Shown here: positions 63,052 to 64,000 of the stretch, piece after piece
How positions within the stretch are numbered: position 1 is the first letter of the stretch
Layout: the number at the start of each line of letters is the position of its first letter
Origin: an uncultured Candidatus Rokubacteria bacterium
GTDB taxonomy: Bacteria; Methylomirabilota; Methylomirabilia; Rokubacteriales; CSP1-6
DNA length: 64,000 nt
Reading direction: 5' to 3'
Assembly (NCBI GenBank): GCA_963747235.1
Contig: CAVVEU010000028.1
Coordinates: 12,287-76,286 of the forward strand
Made by a program: the position numbers and the translations under genes
The notes under the pieces: model-generated
Told to the model about the DNA's origin: nothing
Database searches by the model: none
What the model saw: only the letters and a program-made list of their open reading frames with translations

Positions 63052-63078
63052 GCAGGCAACTTCACCTCCTCACTCACC

Positions 63079-63106
63079 ACCCGCTCCCCCGACAGGGGGA
63101 GCGGGT
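63079..63106 (+). other. 12-bp GC hairpin between nirK and the cytochrome c gene
   Basis: ACCCGCTCCCCC-GACA-GGGGGAGCGGGT; no U-tract. Confidence 0.5.
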
Positions 63107-63121
63107 TGCAGGAGGAGATCG

Positions 63122-63529
63122 ATGATGTCACCGCTCCGTCGCCGCGCGACTCGCGGTGGCCGTGAGCCTGGGTTTCGCGCTCGCGGCGTGCGGCGCCGCG
63201 GCCCAGACCCCGTGGGCTGGCTCCCGCAGTCGGAGAAGAACAAGAAGAGCCCGGTCGCGGCCGGCCCCAAGGTCGTCGAGCAGGGCAAGAAGGTCGCGCA
63301 GGTCAACTGCGTGTCGTGCCACGGGAGCACCGGCAAGGGCAACGGCCCGGCCGCGATGGCGCTCAGCCCCAAGCCCGCCGACTGGACCTCGAAGAAGGTT
63401 CAGGACGAGACGGACGGCGAGATCTTCTGGAAGATCACGACCGGCCGGGGCGCGATGCCGTCGTGGAAGCACCTGCCCGAGAACGACCGCTGGGCGCTCG
63501 TGCAGCACATCCGCTCGCTCAAGAAGTAG
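63122..63529 (+). CDS. monoheme cytochrome c (frameshifted in the signal region)
   Basis: GGAGGAG RBS; CVSCHG..GKG, GAMP axial Met. Confidence 0.85.
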   Translation: MMSPLRRRATRGGREPGFRARGVRRRGPDPVGWLPQSEKNKKSPVAAGPKVVEQGKKVAQVNCVSCHGSTGKGNGPAAMALSPKPADWTSKKVQDETDGEIFWKITTGRGAMPSWKHLPENDRWALVQHIRSLKK

Positions 63530-63950
63530 CGCGGCGTGCCGGCGTGGTCGTGCGCACGAACGCCCTGACGATATCCGTCTCGGTGATGATCCCGATCAGA
63601 TGGCCGTCGTCCAGGACCGGCAGGGCGCCGATCCGGTGCGCCAGCATGAGCTGGGCGCCATCCCGGGCCGGGCGGTCCGGACCGATCGTGATGACCGGCC
63701 GGGTCATGATCTCCGCGACCGGCAGCTTGCTGAGCAGATGGGTGATCTCCTGCGCCGCCAGGCTCGTGGCCCGGGACGGAAGGTTGAGGCGGATGTCGCG
63801 GTCGGTCACGATCCCGGCCAACACCCCGCCCGGGCCGATGACCGGCAGGTGCCGGATGTTCTCCTTGGCCAGGAGATCCCGGGCCTCCTGAACCGAGGTC
63901 TCGGGGCGCACCGTGATCAGCCCACCGGTCATCAGCTCGCGGATCGTCAT
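63519..63950 (-). CDS. CBS domain protein (AcuB-like)
   Basis: IRHLPV, GIVTDRD, IGALPV, GIITETD. Confidence 0.9.
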   Translation of the reverse strand: MTIRELMTGGLITVRPETSVQEARDLLAKENIRHLPVIGPGGVLAGIVTDRDIRLNLPSRATSLAAQEITHLLSKLPVAEIMTRPVITIGPDRPARDGAQLMLAHRIGALPVLDDGHLIGIITETDIVRAFVRTTTPARRATS

Positions 63951-64000
63951 GGCGTCCTCCTATCGGGGCGGTGGCGACGACTCAGGGCTTCCGCGTGGCG

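Noticed and set aside
1109-63529. More than 20 genes split by frameshifts (mass pseudogenisation or programmed frameshifting)
   Set aside because: Single-base indels are scattered through unrelated genes with otherwise intact motifs and show no shared slippery sequence; best explained as long-read assembly error
1-64000. CRISPR array, rRNA, integrase, transposase or prophage genes
   Set aside because: No regularly spaced repeats or recognisable motifs of these classes were seen

Overview
Very GC-rich bacterial chromosome segment of about 65 genes. The gene content suggests a Rokubacteria/Methylomirabilota-like soil organism, but this is inference only. Many genes are split by 1-nt indels, probably uncorrected long-read errors. 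Most genes are catabolic or transport genes (SDRs, CoA transferase, flavin monooxygenases, amidohydrolases, F420-type enzymes, two ABC systems, PDH E1), plus tRNA-Asp(GTC), and a nirK/Crp-Fnr cluster at the right end. Signals not visible in the ORF track: (1) two putative selenoproteins (OsmC-like and ArsC-like UxxC), each with an in-frame TGA followed by a hairpin capped by the same GGUUC sequence; (2) a ~200-nt multi-stem, switch-like 5' leader RNA upstream of a peptide/nickel-type ABC transporter; (3) a non-canonical palindrome, TATGAC-N4-GTCATA, at class II activator distance before the two nirK-cluster transcription units; (4) four sigma-54-type promoters; (5) widespread leaderless -10/start-codon architecture; (6) a palindromic repeat in three copies, one apparently translated inside a permease N-terminus; (7) a metzincin-TPR-TonB_C fusion protein. 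No database searches were run, so all novelty claims are provisional.
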